Shown here piece after piece: positions 1 to 8,287 of a DNA stretch of 27,076 nt. Position 1 is the stretch's first letter; every line of letters starts with the position of its first letter. A program made the position numbers and the translations under genes. The notes under the pieces are model-generated. The model saw only the letters and a list, made by a program, of their open reading frames with translations, had not been told where the DNA came from and did not search any database. Source of the stretch: an uncultured Pirellulales bacterium (GTDB taxonomy: Bacteria; Planctomycetota; Phycisphaerae; Sedimentisphaerales; Anaerobacaceae); contig CAZPJZ010000001.1 in assembly GCA_964586995.1 (NCBI GenBank), positions 1 through 27,076 of the forward strand, given 5' to 3'.

Positions 1-1908
1 GACGAGCAGGCGGCGCGCTTCGGTGATGTGATGTTCGCTGGCTGTAGCGAAGTCTGGAGAACAGGCAAAGGTTAGTACCGTACCCTTGCCGAGCCGGTTT
101 ACCAGGATGGCCGGGCCGACGGGAGAATCGGCGCTCATCGGCCAGTCTGTGCCTTCCTTGCCCTGAAGCTGGCGGGTTGTCCGATACGGCTGAAGCAGTT
201 CTCCAACAGGCTTGGCCGACCCTGGCTGGAACACTCCCGCCAGCCCCTTGACCAAGAAAGGCCACTTGGCGGGAATACCGTGATGCAATTGCCGTTCCTC
301 GTCGGAGTCCTCGGAATCCGCCCCAAATCTTACCCAGTTATCCAGCGAATCGAGCTTGCGCACAAACTTTGCTCCGATGAGTTCTTCGAGCGAGGATGTT
401 TTCGACAGAATTCCCATCCAGTCATAGCAGCCGGTCAGCCCCGTGACAATCAGGTTGCCTCCGTCTTTCACATAGCGGAGTAGCAGTGCTGCCTCCTTGT
501 CCGATACGATGCCGGCGTTCGGTAGCAGGACGATAGGTACCCGCTTGAGTGTCTCGATGGTCGTATTTTCATCAAGTACAACGCTCCAGGGGATGTGCTC
601 ATAGACCAAGGCCTTGTGCGCGCCCTGGAAGGCCTGGAAATATGTTTCCGGATGGTCACGTCCGACCCAGTCACGAGTCCGGCTGCTGAAATATATTGCT
701 ACCTCGGAGATAGGCTCGTGGCCGAAGTGGGACCGTTTACTGTGGACCTCTTTGAAAGCCTTGCCGATACGCTGGTACGCCACCGGGTCAAGCCAGCCGT
801 CAAAGCCGGTCTTATCTACAATCGTCACGAAGGCGCCATGCGATAGCAGGGTTAGAAGCTCCCAACGTATATCGTTGAGCGGCCGTGTCGTCTGATCGTG
901 ATACATCCGGACCCCTCGCTGCATGGCTACCTGAAACGGCAGGCCGGGTGTGGAGGCCCTGTAGAACTCGGCGTTCAGTCCGACGGTCAGCGCGCTAAAG
1001 CCCCAAACACCCGTCTCGCCCGTAACAAAGTCTGCGTTGCCGGCGTGCTGTACCGGCCGCTGGCCAACCTCCCAAGAAAACGGTGGATTGCCGTGGTAGT
1101 TGAAGTCCACCGTAGCGTTTGGATTGAGATTCTTGATATGACTATAAAGAGCCTTCTCGAACCGCTCGCTTGTGGCGTAGCGAAACTCGAGCATCCGGTC
1201 CCAGTCCTCATCCCAGGTCACAGCCTTGGGCATTGCTCGTCCGTATTTATTCTTGAACTTCTTGCGGCAGTGCTCGCACCAACACCCGTACGGTGGGCCG
1301 AAGCCCTGATCCATCATGTCGATGTGAAGGCCCGCAATCCCATAAGCTAATTGTTCGGCGACAATGGTCTTCATTACATCCAGATAGCTGGAGTTGTAAC
1401 AGAATCGGTCGATGCCGTTGCCCTGATAGTCTTGCATCTGCAACTCCGGGTGCTCTTTTAGAAAATGGCCGCCTTGCTGCACCACACAGTATGCAATAAC
1501 CGGCATTCTGTGCTTTCTCGCCTCTTCCACCGTCTCTTGCAGCGCATCCCTGTTGCCAAGTCCTGGGGCCTTTGGCAGCAGCTTCGAGTCGTAATAGGCG
1601 TAATCCCCATCGCGTGCCCAAATGACGAGGTAATCGCAAGTGGCCGACAAACAATGACGAACGATTTCACGTCCGTCAAACTTGCTACAGTAACGTGCAT
1701 CTTTGCGGTCGCTATGGCCAAACTGTGCGCCGGTTGGGCCAACTTCCATTCCGACCAAAGAATGTTCGTACCAGGATTCTGTGTTCTTCTTCTCTGTCTT
1801 GGGGGAAATGCCTTCGGCTGCTGCGGTTGCCCTCATGCCAGAGCCACCCAACATAGCCGCAAGGACAACCCACAGCCATGTGGTTCTCACAAGGTAAGAT
1901 GCATTCAT
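1..1908 (-). CDS. Secreted glycoside hydrolase, GHL6/GH151(alpha-L-fucosidase)-like TIM barrel plus beta-galactosidase trimerisation-like domain; 3'-partial, runs off window
   Basis: Manual translation from ATG at 1908 (AGGAG RBS upstream) gives MNASYLVRTTWLWVVLAAMLGGSGMRATAAA (signal peptide) ... FDGREIVRHCLSATCDYLVIWARDGDYAYYDSKLLPKAPGLGNRDALQETVEEARKHRMPVIAYC ... GLHIDMMDQGFGPPYGCWCEHCRKKF ... EVAIYFSSRTRDW ... PIVLLPNAGIVSDKEAALLLRYVKDGGNLIVTG. The frame continues to base 1 (EHHITEARRLLV). It is absent from the ORF track because its stop lies outside the window. Family assigned by motif resemblance only. Confidence 0.75.
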   Translation of the reverse strand, partial: MNASYLVRTTWLWVVLAAMLGGSGMRATAAAEGISPKTEKKNTESWYEHSLVGMEVGPTGAQFGHSDRKDARYCSKFDGREIVRHCLSATCDYLVIWARDGDYAYYDSKLLPKAPGLGNRDALQETVEEARKHRMPVIAYCVVQQGGHFLKEHPELQMQDYQGNGIDRFCYNSSYLDVMKTIVAEQLAYGIAGLHIDMMDQGFGPPYGCWCEHCRKKFKNKYGRAMPKAVTWDEDWDRMLEFRYATSERFEKALYSHIKNLNPNATVDFNYHGNPPFSWEVGQRPVQHAGNADFVTGETGVWGFSALTVGLNAEFYRASTPGLPFQVAMQRGVRMYHDQTTRPLNDIRWELLTLLSHGAFVTIVDKTGFDGWLDPVAYQRIGKAFKEVHSKRSHFGHEPISEVAIYFSSRTRDWVGRDHPETYFQAFQGAHKALVYEHIPWSVVLDENTTIETLKRVPIVLLPNAGIVSDKEAALLLRYVKDGGNLIVTGLTGCYDWMGILSKTSSLEELIGAKFVRKLDSLDNWVRFGADSEDSDEERQLHHGIPAKWPFLVKGLAGVFQPGSAKPVGELLQPYRTTRQLQGKEGTDWPMSADSPVGPAILVNRLGKGTVLTFACSPDFATASEHHITEARRLLV

Positions 1909-1977
1909 TCTCAGACTCCTGTTCCAACATGCTCACGGCAGCAGCTACAGTGTATCACTCTACCTTCGTGTTTGTAA

Positions 1978-2076
1978 GCACTTTGCAGACAGTGCGGTCA
2001 TAATCCCGTCTGTCAAAATAGATGCCACCACCGGGTAATTTGAGTAGCTCACAAATAGAGCAAAGTGCAATTTTGC
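1978..2076. promoter_or_regulatory. Candidate operator sites in the divergent promoter region
   Basis: gcactttgc (1978-1986) is the exact reverse complement of gcaaagtgc (2060-2068), and 2060-2076 is itself a GCAAA-N7-TTTGC dyad. The sites lie between two divergent catabolic genes. No regulator is in the window. Confidence 0.2.
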
Positions 2077-2294
2077 CCTTGATTTTTCCATATCATTCGC
2101 AAGAATAACCTGTCAGGAAGAAACGCGGAATGGTCATCGCAGAGCCCGATGTATTCGGGGGCTGCAGCCAGGTATGGAAAAAACGAGGGGCAACCTCGAT
2201 ATAGAGTTCCACGCAACACTATATCGAATAGTACGCAATGACCTGCTTGTTCGATTCCAGGGGCTGCTCGAACCCTTCTTCCGTGAGGCCGAAC

Positions 2295-3269
2295 ATGATT
2301 AACAGCAAAATAGAAGGTCTTGTTGCTGCTCCTATGACGGCATATCATCCGGATGGTACTGTGGATCTGGGCATAATTCCTTCGTATGCAGCTTTCTTAC
2401 ATTCTAACGGAGTTACCGGGGTATTTGTCAATGGCACGACGGGCGAAGGTTTTTCCCTGGCCGTTGAAGAGCGCAAAGCGATTGCCGAGAGTTGGATGAA
2501 GGCCGCACCTGGTAATTTCAAAGTCATCGTTCATGTATCGCATACGTGTGCAGTCTCAGCCTGGGACATGGCTCGCCATGCCGCGCAGATCGGCGCCTGG
2601 GGCATAGGCGAAATGGGCTCCATCTTTTACAGCCCTAACAGTGTTGAAGAACTGGCTGACTGCGCTGCACAGACTGCTGCCCAGGCTCCTGAGTTAGCCT
2701 ATTATTATTATCACATCCCGTCCATGAGCGGTGTTTGCTTTCCTATGTTAGAATTCCTCAGAGCCGCGGAACCGAAAATCCCTAAACTCGCTGGTATCAA
2801 ATACACTCACGAAGACCTTGTTGATTTTGAATTGTGCCGTGAATTCAAGGACGGCAGGTACGATATACTTTATGGACGTGACGAGACACTTCTTTGCTCG
2901 TTAGCCCTTGGTGGCCGCGGGGCTGTTGGCAGCACCTACAACATAATGGCCCCGCTTTACACTCGGCTTATTGCTGCTTTTGATTGCAGCGATCTTAATG
3001 AGGCCAGGCGTCTTCAGCGAATATCCATGAAGGTGATCGGGCTTTTGGCGGGAACGGGAAGTTTCAATTCTGCCCTGAAAGAGGTTATGAATATGATTGG
3101 ATTTAACCTGGGCGGAGTTCGCCCTCCACTTAGAAATATCGAAGCGGCGAAGATTACCAGATTAAGGACCGGCTTAAAAGAACTTGGTTTCTTTGACTTT
3201 TGTTCAAAAATGCCGTCTATTCGATCCGGCATTTCCCATATAAAACGTGACAAACGAGCTGAATTTTGA
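2295..3269 (+). CDS. nanA: N-acetylneuraminate lyase-like class I aldolase (DHDPS/NanA family, Bacteroidota-type)
   Basis: GVFVNGTTGEG, YYYHIP, Schiff-base GIKYT, DILYGRDETLL, GAVGSTYN. GIKYT fits NanA better than DapA (GIKEA). Start placed at ATG 2295 after a GTGAGG RBS rather than at 2238. Context is sialic acid catabolism. Confidence 0.8.
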   Translation: MINSKIEGLVAAPMTAYHPDGTVDLGIIPSYAAFLHSNGVTGVFVNGTTGEGFSLAVEERKAIAESWMKAAPGNFKVIVHVSHTCAVSAWDMARHAAQIGAWGIGEMGSIFYSPNSVEELADCAAQTAAQAPELAYYYYHIPSMSGVCFPMLEFLRAAEPKIPKLAGIKYTHEDLVDFELCREFKDGRYDILYGRDETLLCSLALGGRGAVGSTYNIMAPLYTRLIAAFDCSDLNEARRLQRISMKVIGLLAGTGSFNSALKEVMNMIGFNLGGVRPPLRNIEAAKITRLRTGLKELGFFDFCSKMPSIRSGISHIKRDKRAEF

Positions 3270-3425
3270 TGCTATAGAGCTTATGGGTATCACTCAGACA
3301 TAGTCGAACGAATAAGAATACCCAGCACAGGCTTTTAGCACTGCTGCGTCAGTTCGTTCACGGTCGGCTAAAACTGGTTAAGGGGGAAACGTCAGATAAG
3401 AGAACTGAAAATTAAGGATCGAAAA

Positions 3426-4571
3426 ATGAAAACGTCAGGAAGAATATTAAGTCTGATGCTTTTCAGTGCTCTGATGTTTACTGGACAGAACAGCCTTGCA
3501 CAGAAGACTGGAGATGTCAAAGATGTTGTCACCGTTGATGTACTCCCGCCGAACAGTCTGTACAAACAGGTATGGCAGCCATTCATTGCCCGATGGAAAA
3601 AGAATCACTATGTTGTTGCATACGGGCTGAAGCTGGACGGAAAGAAAGACATGGGTGACATCGTCTGTTCTATCACCAGAGATGGTGGCAAGAGCTGGAC
3701 TCCGCCCATTATTATCTTCGACCACCGGCTGCCCAACGGTACACAACGTTTCGCCTACGCCAATGCAGTCCTGTTCAGACCTGAAGGACAGAATACTATT
3801 TGGTGTTTTGCCATGCGGTGCCCCCTGTTCTACGGCGACAGTGAAGACAGTGAACTGTGTGCGGCCTATTGCTGTGATGGCGGGTTGTCATGGCAGCAGG
3901 TTGAGCTAAGGATGGGATTCCACTCCCCGCTTATTACCAATGCAGGTGTCGTTACTGTCAATGAGGCAGCGACCACTAAGTATTTACTTCCCGTACATCG
4001 TAACACAAAAAGGCATGATCCGAAGGGGGACAGGGAACAATTTGTGCTGGAAAGCACAAACCTGTTAAACTGGGAACTGGCAGGTTACATCCCCAGGCCA
4101 TCGAAGGTATGGATCCACGAAGGGAACATGGCTCAAGGTGATAATCCCGGTGAATTGAAAATTGTAATGCGGACCGCACAATACGAAAGCGATAAGCTGG
4201 CCCTTGAAATTCCCCGGGCCTACTCATCGGTAAGCAGGGACAATGGAAAGACCTGGTCGATGGCCGTCGAGGAGCCTGCCCTGTACAATACGGCTGCCAA
4301 AGGATTTTTCGGAAAGGATTCGAAGGACAGGCATATATACGTATATAACGATGATGAGAAAAGTGTCAGAAAAGGACTCTATTATGTCATAAAGGAACCA
4401 GGTGAAGATTGGTCGAAACCAAGACTCTTCTACTGGGATAACAATCGCAACAGCTATCCTACACTTCTTGAAAAAGAGCCCGGCATTTTTCTCTGTGTTT
4501 GGGACAGTTCAGATGATCCAGACATAAAAAGATCCGTAATAAGATTTGGCATTCTGGACCTTAGCAAATGA
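3426..4571 (+). CDS. Secreted exo-alpha-sialidase-like Asp-box beta-propeller (BNR repeat protein)
   Basis: N-terminal signal peptide; Asp-boxes SITRDGGKSW, AYCCDGGLSW and SVSRDNGKTW; HE, MRT and C-terminal SYP motifs at the positions of sialidase catalytic Glu/Arg/Tyr. The canonical RIP motif is absent. Confidence 0.7.
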   Translation: MKTSGRILSLMLFSALMFTGQNSLAQKTGDVKDVVTVDVLPPNSLYKQVWQPFIARWKKNHYVVAYGLKLDGKKDMGDIVCSITRDGGKSWTPPIIIFDHRLPNGTQRFAYANAVLFRPEGQNTIWCFAMRCPLFYGDSEDSELCAAYCCDGGLSWQQVELRMGFHSPLITNAGVVTVNEAATTKYLLPVHRNTKRHDPKGDREQFVLESTNLLNWELAGYIPRPSKVWIHEGNMAQGDNPGELKIVMRTAQYESDKLALEIPRAYSSVSRDNGKTWSMAVEEPALYNTAAKGFFGKDSKDRHIYVYNDDEKSVRKGLYYVIKEPGEDWSKPRLFYWDNNRNSYPTLLEKEPGIFLCVWDSSDDPDIKRSVIRFGILDLSK

Positions 4572-4623
4572 AATATCGATAGCATTAAAGGCATTGCCTT
4601 AGAAATGGCGGAAAGTTCGAATT

Positions 4624-5418
4624 ATGACGGGTAAAGAACTGAAGGATTCACTTAGGAGCGGCACAAGGGTGTATGGCACACTGATAGTAAGTACCTCTCC
4701 AAGATGGATGGATGTAATAGACCAACTGAATCTGGATTTCGTATTCATCGACACGGAACATATCGCCGTCGACAGGCAACAACTCTCCTGGATGTGTCAC
4801 GGATACACGGGAAAAGGATTGGCACCCGTGGTTCGAATCCCTGCTCCCGATCCGTATCAGGCCTGTATGGTATTGGATGGCGGTGCAAAGGGAATTGTCG
4901 CTCCGTATATCGAGTCCGTAAATGAAGTGAAACAGCTTATAGGTGCAGTGAAAAAAAGACCCTTAAAGGGGCAGAAACTGAGAGATTATTTGGAGGGGAA
5001 GAAAGGCCTGGAGCCCGTCTTGGCCGAATACATCGGACAACATAATGACGATCATGTGCTGATCCTAAACATTGAAAGCCAGCCGGCAATCGACCATTTA
5101 GATGAAATACTAAGAGTTCCGGGTTTTGACGCCGTATTGATCGGGCCACATGACCTCTCGTGTAACCTTGGCATTCCCGAACAGTATGACCATCCGAAAT
5201 TCAAGGCGGCAGTGGAAACCATCATCGAAAAGGCAAGAAAGGCAAATGTTGGTGCAGGAATTCATGCATTGTTTGAAGACAGTGTCGAAAAGGAGATAGA
5301 GTGGGCTAAGATGGGTGCTAATCTCATACTACATAGTGGTGATATCAATCGCTTCACACAAGTTATGCGTGATGATATTAATACATTGAGGACAGTATTG
5401 AACGATGATGCTAAATAA
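4624..5418 (+). CDS. HpcH/HpaI family class II (metal-dependent) pyruvate aldolase
   Basis: FIDTEH, VVRIP, LDGGAKGIVAPY, NIES and IGPHDLS carry the conserved His/Arg/Glu/Asp residues of the family. Confidence 0.9.
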   Translation: MTGKELKDSLRSGTRVYGTLIVSTSPRWMDVIDQLNLDFVFIDTEHIAVDRQQLSWMCHGYTGKGLAPVVRIPAPDPYQACMVLDGGAKGIVAPYIESVNEVKQLIGAVKKRPLKGQKLRDYLEGKKGLEPVLAEYIGQHNDDHVLILNIESQPAIDHLDEILRVPGFDAVLIGPHDLSCNLGIPEQYDHPKFKAAVETIIEKARKANVGAGIHALFEDSVEKEIEWAKMGANLILHSGDINRFTQVMRDDINTLRTVLNDDAK

Positions 5419-5548
5419 CCTCGTGCGGCAATCGATACATAGGATATGCTTGTTGGCAAGATCCTTAATAAAGCCATCGGACAAATTCTCTTTATCCGAC
5501 CAATATACCTGCCAAAGAGATAAATTGTGTCTGCCTTTTAATATTTGA

Positions 5549-8287
5549 ATGCCCATGAAGCAAAACACTGTTGCCAGATTAGTAATTTCTTCGCTTCTCA
5601 TGATTGCGTCACTTGCTGTTTCAGTCCATGCAACGGGACAAGAGATTCTGAGTTGGAGCCAGCTTGCCGAGCTGCCGCCGATAGAAGGGCAGGTGGTGCA
5701 GCCGGGGTTAGCTGGGGCTTTCTGCGGCATTCACAATGATGCTTTGATAATAGCGGGCGGGGCCAATTTCCCTCGACCTGTCTGGGAGTCGAAGAAGGTA
5801 TGGCATGATGATATCTATGTGCTCGTAAGGCAGTCCGGAGGCTCAGCCCGAGGCGATGAGTCCTATCACTGGATAACGGGTTTCAAGCTTGAAAAGCCCG
5901 TGGCCTACGGTGCTTCGGTTTCGAGCAGGCATGGAGTCGTATGTATCGGCGGCAATGATTCCGAACGGACATATTCGCAAGTCTTCCTGCTGCAATGGGA
6001 CCCGCAGAGCAAGAAAATCACAAGCACATCGCTGCCGAGTCTACCGGATATCTGTGCGTATTGCAGTGCCGCCATGATCGCAGAGACCATCTATGTGGCG
6101 GGAGGAACAGCCGGCCTGGGTCTCGAAACAGCCAAGAGGAATTTCTGGTCCCTTGATATGTCAAGACTCAATGATCCAGGCTCGTTCAAATGGGAACAGG
6201 TTCCTGCTTGGCCGGGGCCGTCTCGGGCGTTTGCAATCGCGGTAGCACAGCACAACGGAACAACTGATTGTCTCTACGTCATAAGCGGTCGCCGGATAAA
6301 TACCGAGGAGGAAAGTAATCCACAGGTGCAGTTTCTCACGGATGTATATGAATTTGCGCCGACGAACTATGAACCGGAAAAATACAATCCGCAAACCGGC
6401 ACCTATACGGGCAAAGTGAATCCCTGGCGAAAACGCAAAGATGTTCCTCGGTGTGTCATGGCCGGTACCGCTATAAGTGTGGGACAAAGCCATATTGTGG
6501 TGCTTGCCGGCGACGACGGCAGGTTCTATTACGAGGTCGATGAACTAAAAGACGAGCATCCTGGTTTTCCAAACGAAGCGCTGCTGTATCATACGATCAC
6601 CGATACATGGACAAGCGCCGGTTCCATTCCGGTCAATCATGTGACCACCACAGCCGTTCGTTGGGGGAACAACCCGGCACGTGATCCAATAATTATTCCA
6701 AGCGGCGAAATTCGACCCAGAGTTCGCTCTGCGAAGGTCTGGCAGGTTTGCCTGCTTGGCAGTGGCGAGCGGTTCGGAATCATCGATTTTTCTGCGATTG
6801 GAATATATCTATCGGTCGTGATTGGTGTTGGGGTGTTCTTTTCTTTTCGCAATAAAAATTCGGATGACTTCTTCCGCGGCGGCCAGCGTGTTCCCTGGCT
6901 GGTGGCGGGATTGAGCATCTTTGCGACCATGCTCAGTTCCATCACCTTTATCGCCATTCCGGCCAAGGCCTATGCCACTAACTGGGTTTACTTTACATAT
7001 AATATGACGGCCATCGCTATTACGCCTTTTGTTATTCTGCTCTTTCTTCCGTTCTTTCGAAAGATCGATGCGACAAGTGCCTATGAATACCTTGAAAAAC
7101 GATTTAATCGCCCGGCGCGTCTTTTTGCCAGTGCGTCTTTTATTCTTTTCCAAATCGGACGAATGGCGGTCGTGATGTACTTGCCGGCGCTGGCTCTGGC
7201 GGCGATAACCCCTATGTCGGAGTATCAATGTATTCTTTTGATGGGGGTATTATGTATTATCTATTGCACGATGGGCGGGCTTCAGGCCGTCGTGTGGACC
7301 GATACCATACAGACTTGCGTTCTTCTGGGTGGGGCATTGGTCAGTCTTGCATTGATTGTTTCCCGTGTAGATGGCGGCGTTGGCGGTTTCATTTCGACCG
7401 CCGCCAGGCACGGTAAATTTCACATCATAAACTGGGATTTCTCTTCAATGAGCTTTACAACAACTGCTTTGTGGGTGGTTGTTTTGGGTGGAATCGCGCA
7501 AAACCTGGTTCCATATACATCCGATATGGCGGTCGTACAGCGGTATATGTCTGTTCCGGACATGTCCAGTGCGAAAAGGGCTATCTGGACGAATGCCATT
7601 GCCGTCCTGCCAGCCTCACTTTTGTTCTTTGGGGTCGGTACGGCGCTGTTTGTTTTTTACCGGGAGTATCCCGGCCGGCTCGATCCTGTCTTTAAGACGG
7701 ATGCCATCTTCCCGCTTTTCATCGCGCGTGAACTTCCAGCCGGTATCGCCGGCCTGGTGGTAGCCGGTATTTTTGCAGCGGCGCAATCAACGATTTCCAC
7801 GAGTATGAATAGTACCTCGACGGCCTTGGTTACAGATTTTATTCGGCCACTGAATCTCATCCAATCGGAGCGAGGATATTTGCGACTTGCCCGTGTATCG
7901 ACATTTGCCCTGGGTGTTTTGGGGACGGTTTTGGCCCTGTTGTTTGCTTCATCGAACATCAGGTCGCTGTGGGATCAGTTTATGAAGATACTTGGACTGT
8001 TTGGCGGTTCTATGTGCGGACTGTTCTGTCTGGGGATATTTACCAAAAGAGCAAATGGGCAGGGGGCAATTATTGGGGCTCTGGCAGGAGCGGCCGCAGT
8101 GTTTTTGGTAGAGCGGTATACAGGCATCCATTTCTTGCTTTATGCTTTTGTGGGGATAATGGTCTGCTGCCTGTGCGGTTATTTCGCCAGTGCAATGTTT
8201 CCAGCTTCGAAAAAATCTATTGCGGGACTGACCATCCATACGTTGAACAGATTTGAGATTATGAGAAAGAAGAGTTCGTATGAATAG
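5549..8287 (+). CDS. Fusion of a Kelch-repeat sialic acid mutarotase-like (NanM-type) domain and a sodium:solute symporter (SiaT-like)
   Basis: Signal peptide, then Kelch blades (GLAGAF, IIAGGANFP, AYGASVS, CIGG, YVAGG, WPGPSR, YVISGR, HPGFP, YHTITDTW, SGEIRPRVRS). From about residue 410 it is an SSS transporter (FFRGGQRVPW, ATMLSSITFIAIPAKAY, SAYEYLEKRF, VVWTDTIQ, DMAVVQRY, AAQSTISTSMNS). One uninterrupted 912-aa ORF; the start may be ATG 5555. Confidence 0.85.
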   Translation: MPMKQNTVARLVISSLLMIASLAVSVHATGQEILSWSQLAELPPIEGQVVQPGLAGAFCGIHNDALIIAGGANFPRPVWESKKVWHDDIYVLVRQSGGSARGDESYHWITGFKLEKPVAYGASVSSRHGVVCIGGNDSERTYSQVFLLQWDPQSKKITSTSLPSLPDICAYCSAAMIAETIYVAGGTAGLGLETAKRNFWSLDMSRLNDPGSFKWEQVPAWPGPSRAFAIAVAQHNGTTDCLYVISGRRINTEEESNPQVQFLTDVYEFAPTNYEPEKYNPQTGTYTGKVNPWRKRKDVPRCVMAGTAISVGQSHIVVLAGDDGRFYYEVDELKDEHPGFPNEALLYHTITDTWTSAGSIPVNHVTTTAVRWGNNPARDPIIIPSGEIRPRVRSAKVWQVCLLGSGERFGIIDFSAIGIYLSVVIGVGVFFSFRNKNSDDFFRGGQRVPWLVAGLSIFATMLSSITFIAIPAKAYATNWVYFTYNMTAIAITPFVILLFLPFFRKIDATSAYEYLEKRFNRPARLFASASFILFQIGRMAVVMYLPALALAAITPMSEYQCILLMGVLCIIYCTMGGLQAVVWTDTIQTCVLLGGALVSLALIVSRVDGGVGGFISTAARHGKFHIINWDFSSMSFTTTALWVVVLGGIAQNLVPYTSDMAVVQRYMSVPDMSSAKRAIWTNAIAVLPASLLFFGVGTALFVFYREYPGRLDPVFKTDAIFPLFIARELPAGIAGLVVAGIFAAAQSTISTSMNSTSTALVTDFIRPLNLIQSERGYLRLARVSTFALGVLGTVLALLFASSNIRSLWDQFMKILGLFGGSMCGLFCLGIFTKRANGQGAIIGALAGAAAVFLVERYTGIHFLLYAFVGIMVCCLCGYFASAMFPASKKSIAGLTIHTLNRFEIMRKKSSYE

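Noticed and set aside
135-1977. Many short ORFs including 898..1350(+) and 1465..1977(+)
   Set aside because: Shadow ORFs antisense or out of frame to the long minus-strand glycoside hydrolase; no motifs.
2238-2294. ORF-track N-terminal extension of NanA; similar extensions at 9782, 12855, 18291, 20366 and 23765
   Set aside because: Downstream starts have better RBS spacing, match family N-termini and avoid long overlaps.
4830-4841. GGTTCGAATCCC tRNA T-loop-like motif
   Set aside because: Lies inside the aldolase CDS (codes VVRIP); no acceptor, D or anticodon arms.
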